Shown here: in pieces, positions 38,772 to 47,820 of the stretch | Position numbering within the stretch: the stretch's first letter is position 1 | Layout of the letters: every line of letters starts with the position of its first letter | NCBI GenBank assembly: GCA_963799175.1 | Contig: CAWCWC010000004.1 | Coordinates: forward strand, 192 to 64,191 | Origin: an uncultured Acidobacteriaceae bacterium | GTDB taxonomy: Bacteria > Acidobacteriota > Terriglobia > Terriglobales > Acidobacteriaceae | Direction of reading: 5' to 3' | DNA length: 64,000 bases | Notes under the pieces: generated by a model | The model's input: the letters and a program-made list of their open reading frames with translations, nothing else | The model's database searches: none | Told to the model about the DNA's origin: nothing | Made by a program: the position numbers and the translations under genes

Positions 38772-40397
38772 TCAATCGCCGGTCAACTCCACTGCCCCTG
38801 TCAAGCCATACTCCTTCAGCTTGCGATAGAGCGTTGTCTTGCCGATGCCCAGCAGCTTGGCCGCCATCAGCTTGTCTCCGTTCAACTGGCGGATGGTGCC
38901 CAGGATCGCCTGCTTCTCCATGTCTGCGATCGATACAACCGCATCGCTCTCGCCTGCGTTCCCACCCACCCGTCCATCGCCTGCAACGCCTGCCGGCGCG
39001 TTCGCCCCCAGGCGTTGCATCTGGAACTCCTGCAGTTGCGTGGGCAGGTCGACCCTGTGCAGCACAGGCCCCGATGACAGCGAGCAGGCCCGCTCGATCG
39101 CATTCTCCAACTCGCGCACATTGCCCGGCCAGTCGTACTCGGTCAGCAGCCGCATCGCTTCCTCGCTGAAGACATGCGACGGGCCCGTCTCGCGCTGGAT
39201 TCCTTCCAGGAAGTGTTCCGCCAGCACCGCAATGTCCTCCCGGCGCTCGCGCAGCGGAGGCAGCTTCAGGTTCACCACGCTCAGGCGGAAGTACAGGTCC
39301 TTGCGGAAGAGTCCCTGCGCCACCATGGCGTTCAGGTCGCGGTTGGTCGCGGCCAGCACCCGCGCTGTGATGGGCACCGCGTGGGTGGCGCCCACCGGGC
39401 GCACCTCCTTCTCCTGCAAGGCGCGCAGCAGCTTGGCCTGCAGGTCCAGGGGCAGTTCTCCGATCTCGTCCAGAAAGACGGTCCCGCCGTCGGCTGCGGA
39501 GAGCAGCCCCCCCTTCGAGCGGTTGGCGCCGGTAAATGCGCCTTTCACATGGCCGAAGAGTTCGCTCTCGATCAGGGTCGGCACCAGCGACCCACAGTCC
39601 ACCGCGATGAATGGCTTGGCCGCATTCGGCCCGTTGTCGTGGATCGCCCGCGCCACCATCTCCTTGCCCGTACCGCTCTCCCCCAGAATCAGCACCGGAT
39701 GGGTCGAGTGCGCCACCTTGGAGAGGATGCGGTATACCTTCTCCATCTCCGGCGAGACGCCAATCAGGCCTCCCAGTCCGGTCTGCGTGCGCAGACGTTC
39801 GCGCAGCCGCCGGCTCTCCAGGTCGAAGTTCAGCCGCCGGCTCGACCGGCCCAGCACGCCGGTCAGATCCTCCAGAGCGAACGGCTTGGTCAGGTAATCG
39901 ACGGCCCCGATCCTCATCGCCTCCACCGCGGAGGCAACTGTGGCAAACGCCGTCATCACCACCACCCCTGTCCGCGGATACAGCGTCTTGACCTCGCCAA
40001 GCAACTTCAGCCCGCCCCCGCCGGGCAGCTTCAGGTCCAGCAGAAGCATTTCAGCAGGCTGCCGCAGCAGCAATGCCAGTGCCTCCTGCACGCTGCCCGC
40101 CGCCAGCGCCACAAATCCCATTCCGCTGGCAATCTCGCAGCACGCCTTGCGCAGCGAAGCATCGTCGTCTACCACCAGAATGCGAAACGCAGGCGCCCCC
40201 TCCGGCAAATGTTCCATACGGCGCGCTGCCGCCAGGGCCGTGGTTCCGGCCAGCAAACCCGGCGTCGGCACCGCAGTGACTTCGCCCAGAGCAGGCGGGC
40301 GCTCCCATACGCCCGGGACCGCCGCCCCGCCCCTCGTTCCCACGCACTCCGGCTTGTTCGATGGCGCCGTCACAGATCGCGATTCCGGTGTCAGCAT
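38772..40397 (-). CDS. sigma-54-dependent response regulator (NtrC family)
   Basis: Receiver domain, GESGTGKE, ESELFGHVKGAFTGA, FLDEIGE, WPGNVREL and a Fis-type HTH (LGIGKTTLYRKL). Confidence 0.95.
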   Translation of the reverse strand: MLTPESRSVTAPSNKPECVGTRGGAAVPGVWERPPALGEVTAVPTPGLLAGTTALAAARRMEHLPEGAPAFRILVVDDDASLRKACCEIASGMGFVALAAGSVQEALALLLRQPAEMLLLDLKLPGGGGLKLLGEVKTLYPRTGVVVMTAFATVASAVEAMRIGAVDYLTKPFALEDLTGVLGRSSRRLNFDLESRRLRERLRTQTGLGGLIGVSPEMEKVYRILSKVAHSTHPVLILGESGTGKEMVARAIHDNGPNAAKPFIAVDCGSLVPTLIESELFGHVKGAFTGANRSKGGLLSAADGGTVFLDEIGELPLDLQAKLLRALQEKEVRPVGATHAVPITARVLAATNRDLNAMVAQGLFRKDLYFRLSVVNLKLPPLRERREDIAVLAEHFLEGIQRETGPSHVFSEEAMRLLTEYDWPGNVRELENAIERACSLSSGPVLHRVDLPTQLQEFQMQRLGANAPAGVAGDGRVGGNAGESDAVVSIADMEKQAILGTIRQLNGDKLMAAKLLGIGKTTLYRKLKEYGLTGAVELTGD

Positions 40398-40479
40398 ATC
40401 GTTCCTCTCCCGTCGCCTCTCACACAATCTCCCTCAGTTCGGAGGCCCGTGCCCACACCCGCCTCACACAGACCCTCGG

Positions 40480-41538
40480 TCATGTGCGCTCCTCGCCGCT
40501 CACCGATCCCGGCAATCCGCAAGTTGCGCCCAACTGGCTTGAAGCCGTTGCCCTGCGCAACGCACAGTTCGTGCCTGCTGCCTTCTTCTGTGCCCTTGCG
40601 GTCACTGGCCATTCGATCTGTACTCGCGTACCGATTCCCGGCGAACTCATCACTCGCAAGTCTCCGCCCGATTCGGCAACCAGCTCGCGCACAACCCGGA
40701 AACCGATCCCATGCCTGCCCCGCGAAGGAGCCCTGGTTACGCTCAGAATCCGCTCCAGCTCTTCCGCAGTCATTCCACACCCCGAATCCTCTACCGTCAA
40801 CCTCACCCGCCGCAGAGGCCACGGCCTGGGGTCTTGCACACGGTTGATCATTGCTCCCACCTCAATCCGGATCGACCCAGAATCCTCGTCCGCGGTCCTG
40901 TCCTCCCTCTTCTGCAGGACCGTGCCCTGCGCAGCTCCGCCCTTCCTGTCTCCGCCCCGCCCGCCCGGCCCGCGCATCGCTGCCGCCGAGTTGCTCACCA
41001 GGTTCACCAGAATCCGTTCCACCGTCTCTTCCGAGACCGTCACCGGCACCGAGGCCGCATCCCCGTAGCTCACCTCGATCGCCCTGCCATCCGCCACCCG
41101 GATCAACAGGCCCAAACAGCGCTCCAGGATCGAGCGCAGGCCCACCGAACCGGGTAGGCTACCGGTACTCTCAACCGGCCCGCCCCCAGCCGCCCTCACT
41201 TTGGCCAGGGCCAGCGAGCAGGCTACCCCAGCCTCCCAGGCCGCGCCTGCGCCAGCACCCTCCAGGGTCCCCTTGCGCGCAAACGAGGAGGGCATGCGTT
41301 GCTCCATTAGATGTTGGATCAGCGCCCCGCTGCGCGCTCCCAGAAGGCGCAACTCCTCCGCGTAGAGGTGGTGCTCAGCCTGCAGCACTCCCGGCATCGA
41401 CAGCAGGTCGCAATAGAGTCCGATGGCGCCCATCAGGTTGCGCGCATCGTGCAGCAGCCCTTCCTGATGCTCCATCTCCACGCCAGTACGTGAACGGCGA
41501 TCGGTCTCTGAGGCGGTGGTACTCGGCTTAGCCCGCAT
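40480..41538 (-). CDS. cytoplasmic histidine kinase-like protein with no sensor domain
   Basis: LLHDARNLMG H-box, ILVNLVSNS N-box, VEDSGCGM G1 and HGIGF G2. Upstream of the NtrC-family gene. Confidence 0.78.
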   Translation of the reverse strand: MRAKPSTTASETDRRSRTGVEMEHQEGLLHDARNLMGAIGLYCDLLSMPGVLQAEHHLYAEELRLLGARSGALIQHLMEQRMPSSFARKGTLEGAGAGAAWEAGVACSLALAKVRAAGGGPVESTGSLPGSVGLRSILERCLGLLIRVADGRAIEVSYGDAASVPVTVSEETVERILVNLVSNSAAAMRGPGGRGGDRKGGAAQGTVLQKREDRTADEDSGSIRIEVGAMINRVQDPRPWPLRRVRLTVEDSGCGMTAEELERILSVTRAPSRGRHGIGFRVVRELVAESGGDLRVMSSPGIGTRVQIEWPVTARAQKKAAGTNCALRRATASSQLGATCGLPGSVSGEERT

Positions 41539-41578
41539 GGTATTACTCCAATTTTGCCCTGTACGCAGGGTCAGGGTT

Positions 41579-41696
41579 AGGAAGTCTCTGCACAAGCCCT
41601 CGCTTTGAAAGGGACGGGCTTCAGCCCGTCCGTAGGCCGCAAATCAATGCGGCTTTAGCCGCCGAGGGAATCTCGAACACTTGTGCAGACCTTCCT
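41579..41696 (+). mobile_element. family A element enclosed by ~18-bp inverted repeats (REPIN/MITE-like)
   Basis: AGGAAGTCTCTGCACAAG ... CTTGTGCAGACCTTCCT surround GGACGGGCTTCAGCCCGTCC and GCGGCTTTAGCCGC. Confidence 0.75.
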
Positions 41697-41817
41697 TGGC
41701 CTGTTTCGCTCTTGCTGTCACTCTCCAGCCACCTGCTCTAGTATCAGGTGGAGTGCCAAACTGAAACTAATGCGGCAAGTCGCTGAGAATAAATCCACAC
41801 AGAACAAGGACACTCGG

Positions 41818-41938
41818 GTTCCGTTATGAGACGCAATTCCCAATGTGGAACACCAATCCACGCTCCTAGTCTGTAGCTCTTACAAAACAATCAAACCCGC
41901 GTGATTCCCGGATTGGGACATAATTCCCACTTTGGAAA
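41818..41938. promoter_or_regulatory. two pairs of imperfect 15-bp palindromes, candidate enhancer sites
   Basis: GTTCCGTTATGAGAC (41818), TTCCCAATGTGGAAC (41837), TTCCCGGATTGGGAC (41905) and TTCCCACTTTGGAAA (41924). Spacing within each pair is 19 bp. Confidence 0.5.
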
Positions 41939-41972
41939 CACCTCAGCCGCAACGCACCTCTATAATCGCGCC

Positions 41973-42758
41973 ATGGCCTCCATCGCATCTGTACAGCATC
42001 CTGCCGCGTCTTCGCCTCCCGCATCCAGCCAGCTCTTCCGCCCCGACGGCCGCGCCGCCGATGCTCTTCGTCCCGTGCGATTCACCACCGGCTTCGTCGC
42101 CACCGCCGAAGGTTCCGTGCTCATCGAGACCGGCAACACCCGGGTCCTCTGCAACGCTACCGTGGAGACCGGAGTTCCCGGCTGGATGCGCAACTCCGGA
42201 CGCGGTTGGGTCACGGCCGAGTACGGTATGCTTCCCCGCGCCACCCTCACCCGCACTCCGCGCGAATCCGAACGCGGCAAGGTCGGCGGTCGCACCCACG
42301 AGATTCAGCGTCTCATCGGGCGCAGCCTGCGCGCCGTTGTCGACATGAAGGCCCTGGGCGAGCGCACCATCATCCTCGACTGCGATGTCCTGCAGGCCGA
42401 CGGAGGCACCCGCACCGCAGCCATCACCGGGGCCTCGGTCGCCCTCGCCCTGGCACTCGGCAAGCTGGTCGCCGCCGGGGCCCTCAAGACATCGCCCCTG
42501 CGTCAGATGCTCGCCGCCACCTCGGTCGGCATCGTCGACGGCAATATCCTGCTCGACCTCGCCTACGAAGAGGACTCGCGCGCCGATGTGGACATGAACG
42601 TCGTGATGCTGGCCGATGGCGGCCTGGTCGAGACGCAGGCCACCGCCGAGCGCGTCTCCTACACGCGCGCCCAACTCACCGCCATGCTCGACCTTGCCGA
42701 ACATGGTATTCGCCAACTCCTCGCCGCCCAGCAAATCGCGCTGGCAGGTGCGAGTTAG
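41973..42758 (+). CDS. rph: ribonuclease PH
   Basis: [45 protein letters not shown] and [17 protein letters not shown]. Confidence 0.97.
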   Translation: MASIASVQHPAASSPPASSQLFRPDGRAADALRPVRFTTGFVATAEGSVLIETGNTRVLCNATVETGVPGWMRNSGRGWVTAEYGMLPRATLTRTPRESERGKVGGRTHEIQRLIGRSLRAVVDMKALGERTIILDCDVLQADGGTRTAAITGASVALALALGKLVAAGALKTSPLRQMLAATSVGIVDGNILLDLAYEEDSRADVDMNVVMLADGGLVETQATAERVSYTRAQLTAMLDLAEHGIRQLLAAQQIALAGAS

Positions 42759-42776
42759 ATCAGATACTATACAAGC

Positions 42777-43882
42777 GTGATACGTCGACTCTACGTTGAC
42801 AATTATCGCTGTCTGGAAAACTTCGACCTGCCGATCTCGGGCAGATCGTCAACCTTGTTGATGGGCAAGAACGGCGCAGGCAAGACAACGGTATCTCATG
42901 CTCTCGAAGTTCTACAGAAGATCGCACGAGGAACGAATCAAGTAGCTGACCTTGTAAAACCGAAGGACTTTACTCGTGGACGACACGAGGTGCCGATGCG
43001 GTTTGAGATCGAGGTCGAATTGCAGGGCACTATATACGGTTATGAGTTAGCCTTTGAATTTCCAAAAGGATTCAAAGAGCTACGCGTCTACGAAGAAAAG
43101 CTTTCTGTTGGTGGAAAAGCCGTTTATACAAGAGAATCTGATCGAGTCCATCTTGCGCGAACAGGGAAGGAGAAAGAGGCTAATTTCTTCATAAACTGGC
43201 ATATGGTGGCTCTACCCATTATTCAGGAGTCAAAAGAAGATTCTTTGTCAGTCTTCAAGCAGTGGCTCGCCAGAGCGCTCATTCTCAGTCCGGTGCCTTC
43301 GTTGATTGGCGGGGAGTCGCAGGAGGAGACATTGAAGCCGGATCGCGAAGTGACCATGTTGGCGTCTTGGTTCTCCGGCATATTGGCTCGATTCTCCGTC
43401 GGCCTATACAACCATCGACCGATATCTTAAGCCACTAATGGGTGACTTGAAGGACATCAAGAATCCTTTGATTGGCACGGAGTCGAGGAGTCTTGTCGTT
43501 CAATTCGCCGACGGCGAACGAAGCCTCAGTCTGCCGTTTAATGAATTGTCAGACGGCGAGAAGTGCTTCATGATATGTGCTCTGGTTCTTGCTGCGAACG
43601 AATCATACGGCCCACTGCTTTGCTTCTGGGATGAACCAGATACTCATTTGGCTCTGTCTGAGGTTGGCCACTTTATGATGTCGTTACGCAGTGCATTTAA
43701 GAGTAGGGCAATTTATCATGACTTCGCACAATCCAGAAGCCATTCGGAGTTTCACAGATGAGACCACACTTGTTCTGCTTCGGAAAAGCCATTTGGAACC
43801 TACAACTGTACGGCCACTCAGTGAACTCCAGATTACTGGTGATTTGATAACCGCTCTCTTGAGCGGTGGTCTGGATGCCTGA
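42777..43882 (+). CDS. ABC-type (AAA_15/AAA_21-like) ATPase with two apparent frameshifts (about 43390 and 43705)
   Basis: LYVDNYRCL, Walker A GKNGAGKT, signature LSDGEK, Walker B CFWDEPD and H-loop MTSHNPE, spread over three consecutive ORFs. Confidence 0.8.
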
Positions 43883-44358
43883 TGGCAAACAAGTATCTTC
43901 CCCACATTCATGTGATTCCAGAGGATGATGCCAATCGTCAAATAGCGCTTTCTCTATTGCTGGAATTGAGATTGGATTCTAACCGGTATCAGGTGCTTCC
44001 TCCTGCGCGAGGTTGGAGCCATGTTATTGAATCTTTCGAACTGGATCACGTCGCAAACATGGGGCGATTCTCGAAGCGATTTATCATACTCCTGATCGAC
44101 TTCGACAAAGACGCTAGCAGGCTCAAATACGCAAAATCCAGAATTCCACCAAACCTAGCTGATCGTGTCTTCATCTTGGGTACCTGGAGCCAACCAGAAG
44201 ACCTGAAACAGCAATTCGGTAACTTCGATGATATTGGTGCGACTCTCGCCCAAGATTGCCAGAAGCAGACTTCGGCTATCTGGAGCCACCCCCTCCTGCA
44301 AATCAATGCGACAGAACTAGATCGTATTCAAACCATTGTTTGCCCCCTGATCATGTAA
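43882..44358 (+). CDS. hypothetical protein with TOPRIM-like acidic motifs, coupled to the ATPase
   Basis: HVIPEDDAN (beta strand then E) and ILLIDFD (DxD). TGA/ATG overlap with the ATPase gene. Confidence 0.65.
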   Translation: MANKYLPHIHVIPEDDANRQIALSLLLELRLDSNRYQVLPPARGWSHVIESFELDHVANMGRFSKRFIILLIDFDKDASRLKYAKSRIPPNLADRVFILGTWSQPEDLKQQFGNFDDIGATLAQDCQKQTSAIWSHPLLQINATELDRIQTIVCPLIM

Positions 44359-44378
44359 ATTGCTGGATACCTACTCTC

Positions 44379-45536
44379 TTATTGGGTCGAGGTCGGCGGT
44401 GGAGCGGCGGGCTTTTCGTCCGGCACTGGCAGCAGCACCCGCCTCTGGCTTCCCGGAGCGGCCTCGCCCGGCTTCAGTATCGTCGGTGGCTTGGCGCTGC
44501 CATCCTCGCCATTGCCTGGTTTTTGGTCGCCCATGGCGATCTCGTGGGTGTCCTCCGGGTCCAGGTAACCGCGCATCTCGTTCTCGCTGTGAATCACAAT
44601 AGGTTTGCCCAGCGCGGCGATGCGCAGTTGGCTCACGCGATCGCCCTCGAAGCGCACAAAGCGCACCGTCTGCGGCGGCTGTCCGTAGATCCACTCCTCG
44701 TAGCGCCGCGTCGTCGATCCGGGGACCAATTCGCGCACCTTCGACAGCGGCTGCCCCATGGCCGCCAGCACCATCTTGCGGTCCATCCCCACCAGAACAT
44801 CGTGCTGCTCGATGGCGGACTTCAGGAACAACGGAAGGCTGTCCGCGTAGGCTTCGGCCGAGGTCTTCACGCCGAAGTCGACGATCGGGTCCAGCAGCGC
44901 CTTCACCTCCGGCGCGCTCACCTCGGGCAGGCCGCCTTCGAATAGCAACGTCACCCGGCAGCCGGTCACCTGCGCGCCGTCCTGGGGAACAATAGGAACG
45001 CCGTTCAGGTCGATGTGGCGCAGAAATCGGTGGTTCAGGTACGGCCCGCCATTCAGGTCGAAGACGATGCGGTCGTCCTTCACCGTCACCGCCGTCAGCA
45101 CCACGCGGTCGCCCGGCGCGGCCGATTGGCCCTTCTTGTACAGCATCTCCTTGTAGGCATCGCCGGTGGGGGTGAGGTTGCCGTTGGCGATCAGGATCAG
45201 GTCCTCGCCCAGCGGCAGCGCACGGTGCGCAAAGCCCTGCTCTTCCTCCAGATTGCGCACCAACTCGCGCTTTCCCCGCTCCGTGATGCGGGCCGAGGGC
45301 AGTTCGATCCGTGTGGGGTGAAACTCCGTGGAGACGCCCGCCATGGCGCTCTTCTCGCCCACCACAAAGACCTGCGCGCGCGCCGCAACGGGCAACGCGC
45401 TTGCCAGCGTTCCGGCCAGAACGCAGGCCGGAATGGAGCGCGACGTGCAGTCTCCATCGATGGGCGCGATAGTCCATCGCAGAGCACCTCGTAGTGAAGA
45501 AATCTTGCGCTTTTCCTCGCCTTTTTTCAAGCACAC
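44379..45536 (-). CDS. hypothetical exported protein
   Basis: Signal-like segment ending ARA-Q and a VLVGMDRKMVLAAMGQP...EEWIYG SmpA/BamE-like stretch. The 5' end is uncertain. Confidence 0.6.
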   Translation of the reverse strand: MCLKKGEEKRKISSLRGALRWTIAPIDGDCTSRSIPACVLAGTLASALPVAARAQVFVVGEKSAMAGVSTEFHPTRIELPSARITERGKRELVRNLEEEQGFAHRALPLGEDLILIANGNLTPTGDAYKEMLYKKGQSAAPGDRVVLTAVTVKDDRIVFDLNGGPYLNHRFLRHIDLNGVPIVPQDGAQVTGCRVTLLFEGGLPEVSAPEVKALLDPIVDFGVKTSAEAYADSLPLFLKSAIEQHDVLVGMDRKMVLAAMGQPLSKVRELVPGSTTRRYEEWIYGQPPQTVRFVRFEGDRVSQLRIAALGKPIVIHSENEMRGYLDPEDTHEIAMGDQKPGNGEDGSAKPPTILKPGEAAPGSQRRVLLPVPDEKPAAPPPTSTQ

Positions 45537-45562
45537 TTTAGAGGCGGTGCGCTCAGTTTGAA

Positions 45563-45632
45563 TTGTTTTGAAAGGGTGCGGCTTCAGCCGCGCCGGTAAA
45601 GCATATTGATGATGGTGACTTTAGTCCCCGCG
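45563..45632 (+). repeat. REP-like family A element
   Basis: TTGTTTTGAAAGGGTGCGGCTTCAGCCGCGCC...GTGACTTTAGTCCC. Confidence 0.8.
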
Positions 45633-45684
45633 GAAAACCTTTTGTAACTGGCCCGGAACGTCGTTGCACGCAATCGGCTCGCTT

Positions 45685-46761
45685 CTATTCGGATGCATCC
45701 TCGTCTGAAGGACGTTGCTCCGCAGCGGTTTGTATCTGGACCAGCGTTGCAGGACTGACCGGCGTAGCAGCCTGCTCCATCGCAACGTGCGCGGCCGGCG
45801 GGGCTATCGTTACGTCGTAGCCGCCGGGAATCAGCGGCGGATGGGTATATTTCCAAGCGTAGTCGCCGGTGGCGCGAACCAGTACCGGGATTGCACCCAG
45901 GAAAAAGACGATCGTGAACAGGGCCGCCGCGGGGCCGTACTCACCGCCGGTAAGCCATGCAGGCCCGATGGCGCGCGTATCGACAATCGATCCATAGCCG
46001 ATCTCGCCATTCAGCGGCAGCCCGAACAGCACGGCGGTCGACGCGGCCCACGCGAAGCTCAATCCCCAAACTAGCCATAGTCCGCGACTGCGCAGCCAGC
46101 ACAGCGCCAGCAGCAGTGCCATCAGCAGGGCAACCAGCATGCGAGTTCCGTCGGGCGTGCCGTAGGGGGTCGCGATGTACGCCGCATGGACCGCTGTCAG
46201 CACAACCACAATCAACGTGGCGCGCACCGGGCCGCTCGCATCGATCAGGCGTTGAAATCCGTAACCATAGATTGCCAGCGTGTGGGCCAGCGTTGTCATC
46301 GCCAGTGTCAGCAAGCCAAAGCCCAGCAGTTGAAAGGCGCGCGGGGCCATCCACAGTTGCGTGTTCAACGTGCGCGCCACAGCCATGGGAAGCACAGCGG
46401 CGACGCCCAGTCCCCATCCGATGGCGGCTCCGGTGGCCCACTCCGCGCGTGATGTGCTTCGTCGCGGAAGTCCGAGTGTGATACGCAACGGCGCAAGCCG
46501 GTGTTCAATCCTGCGCAGCAATGCAAGGCCGCACACCAGCAGGAACAGCAGCAGCGCGGCTTCCAGCAGAGGGAGCCAGTCACCCAGGTCAAAACTCTTT
46601 CCCAGAGCGCTGGCGGCGCTGGCGCTGAGCGCTTGCGCGCATAGATACCACAGGTTTGAAGCAACAAAAAGCGCGAAGTCCAGGCTGCGCGGGCGCGACA
46701 GTCGGCCGGCCACGCTGTTCGCTGGCGGTGGAACGATAGGTGTTTCGGATGCTTGCAACAT
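45685..46761 (-). CDS. CPBP/Abi-family intramembrane protein with degenerate catalytic motifs
   Basis: Multi-TM protein with YGYGFQRL, RSRGLWLVWGL, LFGLPLNG and GPAWLTGGEYGP. The EE motif is absent. Confidence 0.65.
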   Translation of the reverse strand: MLQASETPIVPPPANSVAGRLSRPRSLDFALFVASNLWYLCAQALSASAASALGKSFDLGDWLPLLEAALLLFLLVCGLALLRRIEHRLAPLRITLGLPRRSTSRAEWATGAAIGWGLGVAAVLPMAVARTLNTQLWMAPRAFQLLGFGLLTLAMTTLAHTLAIYGYGFQRLIDASGPVRATLIVVVLTAVHAAYIATPYGTPDGTRMLVALLMALLLALCWLRSRGLWLVWGLSFAWAASTAVLFGLPLNGEIGYGSIVDTRAIGPAWLTGGEYGPAAALFTIVFFLGAIPVLVRATGDYAWKYTHPPLIPGGYDVTIAPPAAHVAMEQAATPVSPATLVQIQTAAEQRPSDEDASE

Positions 46762-46775
46762 GGACTGCCTTGCTT

Positions 46776-46837
46776 AAGGGAACGGCTTCAGCCGTGCCGT
46801 ATAAATTTCCTACGAAATGGGGCTTTAGCCCCTGAGG
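46776..46837 (+). repeat. REP-like family A element
   Basis: AAGGGAACGGCTTCAGCCGTGCC...GGGGCTTTAGCCCCTGAGG. Confidence 0.85.
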
Positions 46838-46857
46838 TGCTTGCTTCCTCCCCGCTC

Positions 46858-47703
46858 TCACTCGGCGGTGGTATAGAACTGCGCAATGTTGCGGAACTTC
46901 CGATATCGCTCTTCCAGCATCTGCTCCAGAGGTTTGGCGTCCAGTTCAGCCAGGTGAAAGCGCAGCCGCTCGTCCACCAGCGCCATGGCCAACGCGGGAT
47001 CGTTGTGCGTGCCGCCCTCCGGTTCGCTTAGCACATCGTCGACGCATCCCAGCGACTTCACATTGTGCGCGGTATACTTCAGCGCGTCGGCAGCCTGCTG
47101 CTTCTTGCTCGAGTCCTTCCACATGATCGACGCGCATCCCTCGGGCGAGATCACCGAGTAGATGGAGTTCTCCAGCATCAGCACGCGGTCCGCCACAGCC
47201 AGCGCCAGCGCGCCTCCCGAACCGCCTTCACCGGTAATCGTTGCAATGGTGGGCACCCGCAGTCGAGACATCTCCAGCAGGTTCCTCGCAATGGCCTCGC
47301 CCTGCCCACGCTCTTCCGCGCCGATGCCGGGGTTGGCGCCCGCCACATCCAGGAAGCTGAACACCGGGTGGCCGAACTTCTCCGCAATCCTCATCGCGCG
47401 TAGCGCCTTGCGATAACCCTCCGGGTCGGGCGAGCCGAACTTGCGCTCCACCCGCTCTTTGATCGAGCGGCCCTTCAGGTTCGCCACCACCATCACCGGC
47501 CTCCCGTGGAAGCGCGCCATGCCGCACGCCATCGCCGCATCGTCGCCGTACGCGCGGTCGCCGTGGATCTCGCTGAAATCGGTGAAGAGTGCTGCGATAA
47601 AGTCCATCGGATAGGGGCGCTGCGGGTGCCGCGCCAACTCCGTCCTGCGCCATGCTTCCGGCGTCTGCAACTGCGCGAGCTCGCCTGGTTCCTGTTCTGC
47701 CAT
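46858..47703 (-). CDS. accA: acetyl-CoA carboxylase carboxyltransferase alpha subunit
   Basis: ARHPQRP, EIHGDR, PEGYRKALR, GIGAEERGQGEAIA, GEGGSGGALA and YSVISPEGCASI. Confidence 0.96.
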   Translation of the reverse strand: MAEQEPGELAQLQTPEAWRRTELARHPQRPYPMDFIAALFTDFSEIHGDRAYGDDAAMACGMARFHGRPVMVVANLKGRSIKERVERKFGSPDPEGYRKALRAMRIAEKFGHPVFSFLDVAGANPGIGAEERGQGEAIARNLLEMSRLRVPTIATITGEGGSGGALALAVADRVLMLENSIYSVISPEGCASIMWKDSSKKQQAADALKYTAHNVKSLGCVDDVLSEPEGGTHNDPALAMALVDERLRFHLAELDAKPLEQMLEERYRKFRNIAQFYTTAE

Positions 47704-47820
47704 CCAAACCATTGTAGCGGAGTGCTCTTGCCAGTTGCAGATCGATCTGAACGGGGCACAGAAGAGCAGGGGGACGGGCTAGAAAACGGCGTTCGGAAAG
47801 TTAGGTTCCGTGAAAGCACC

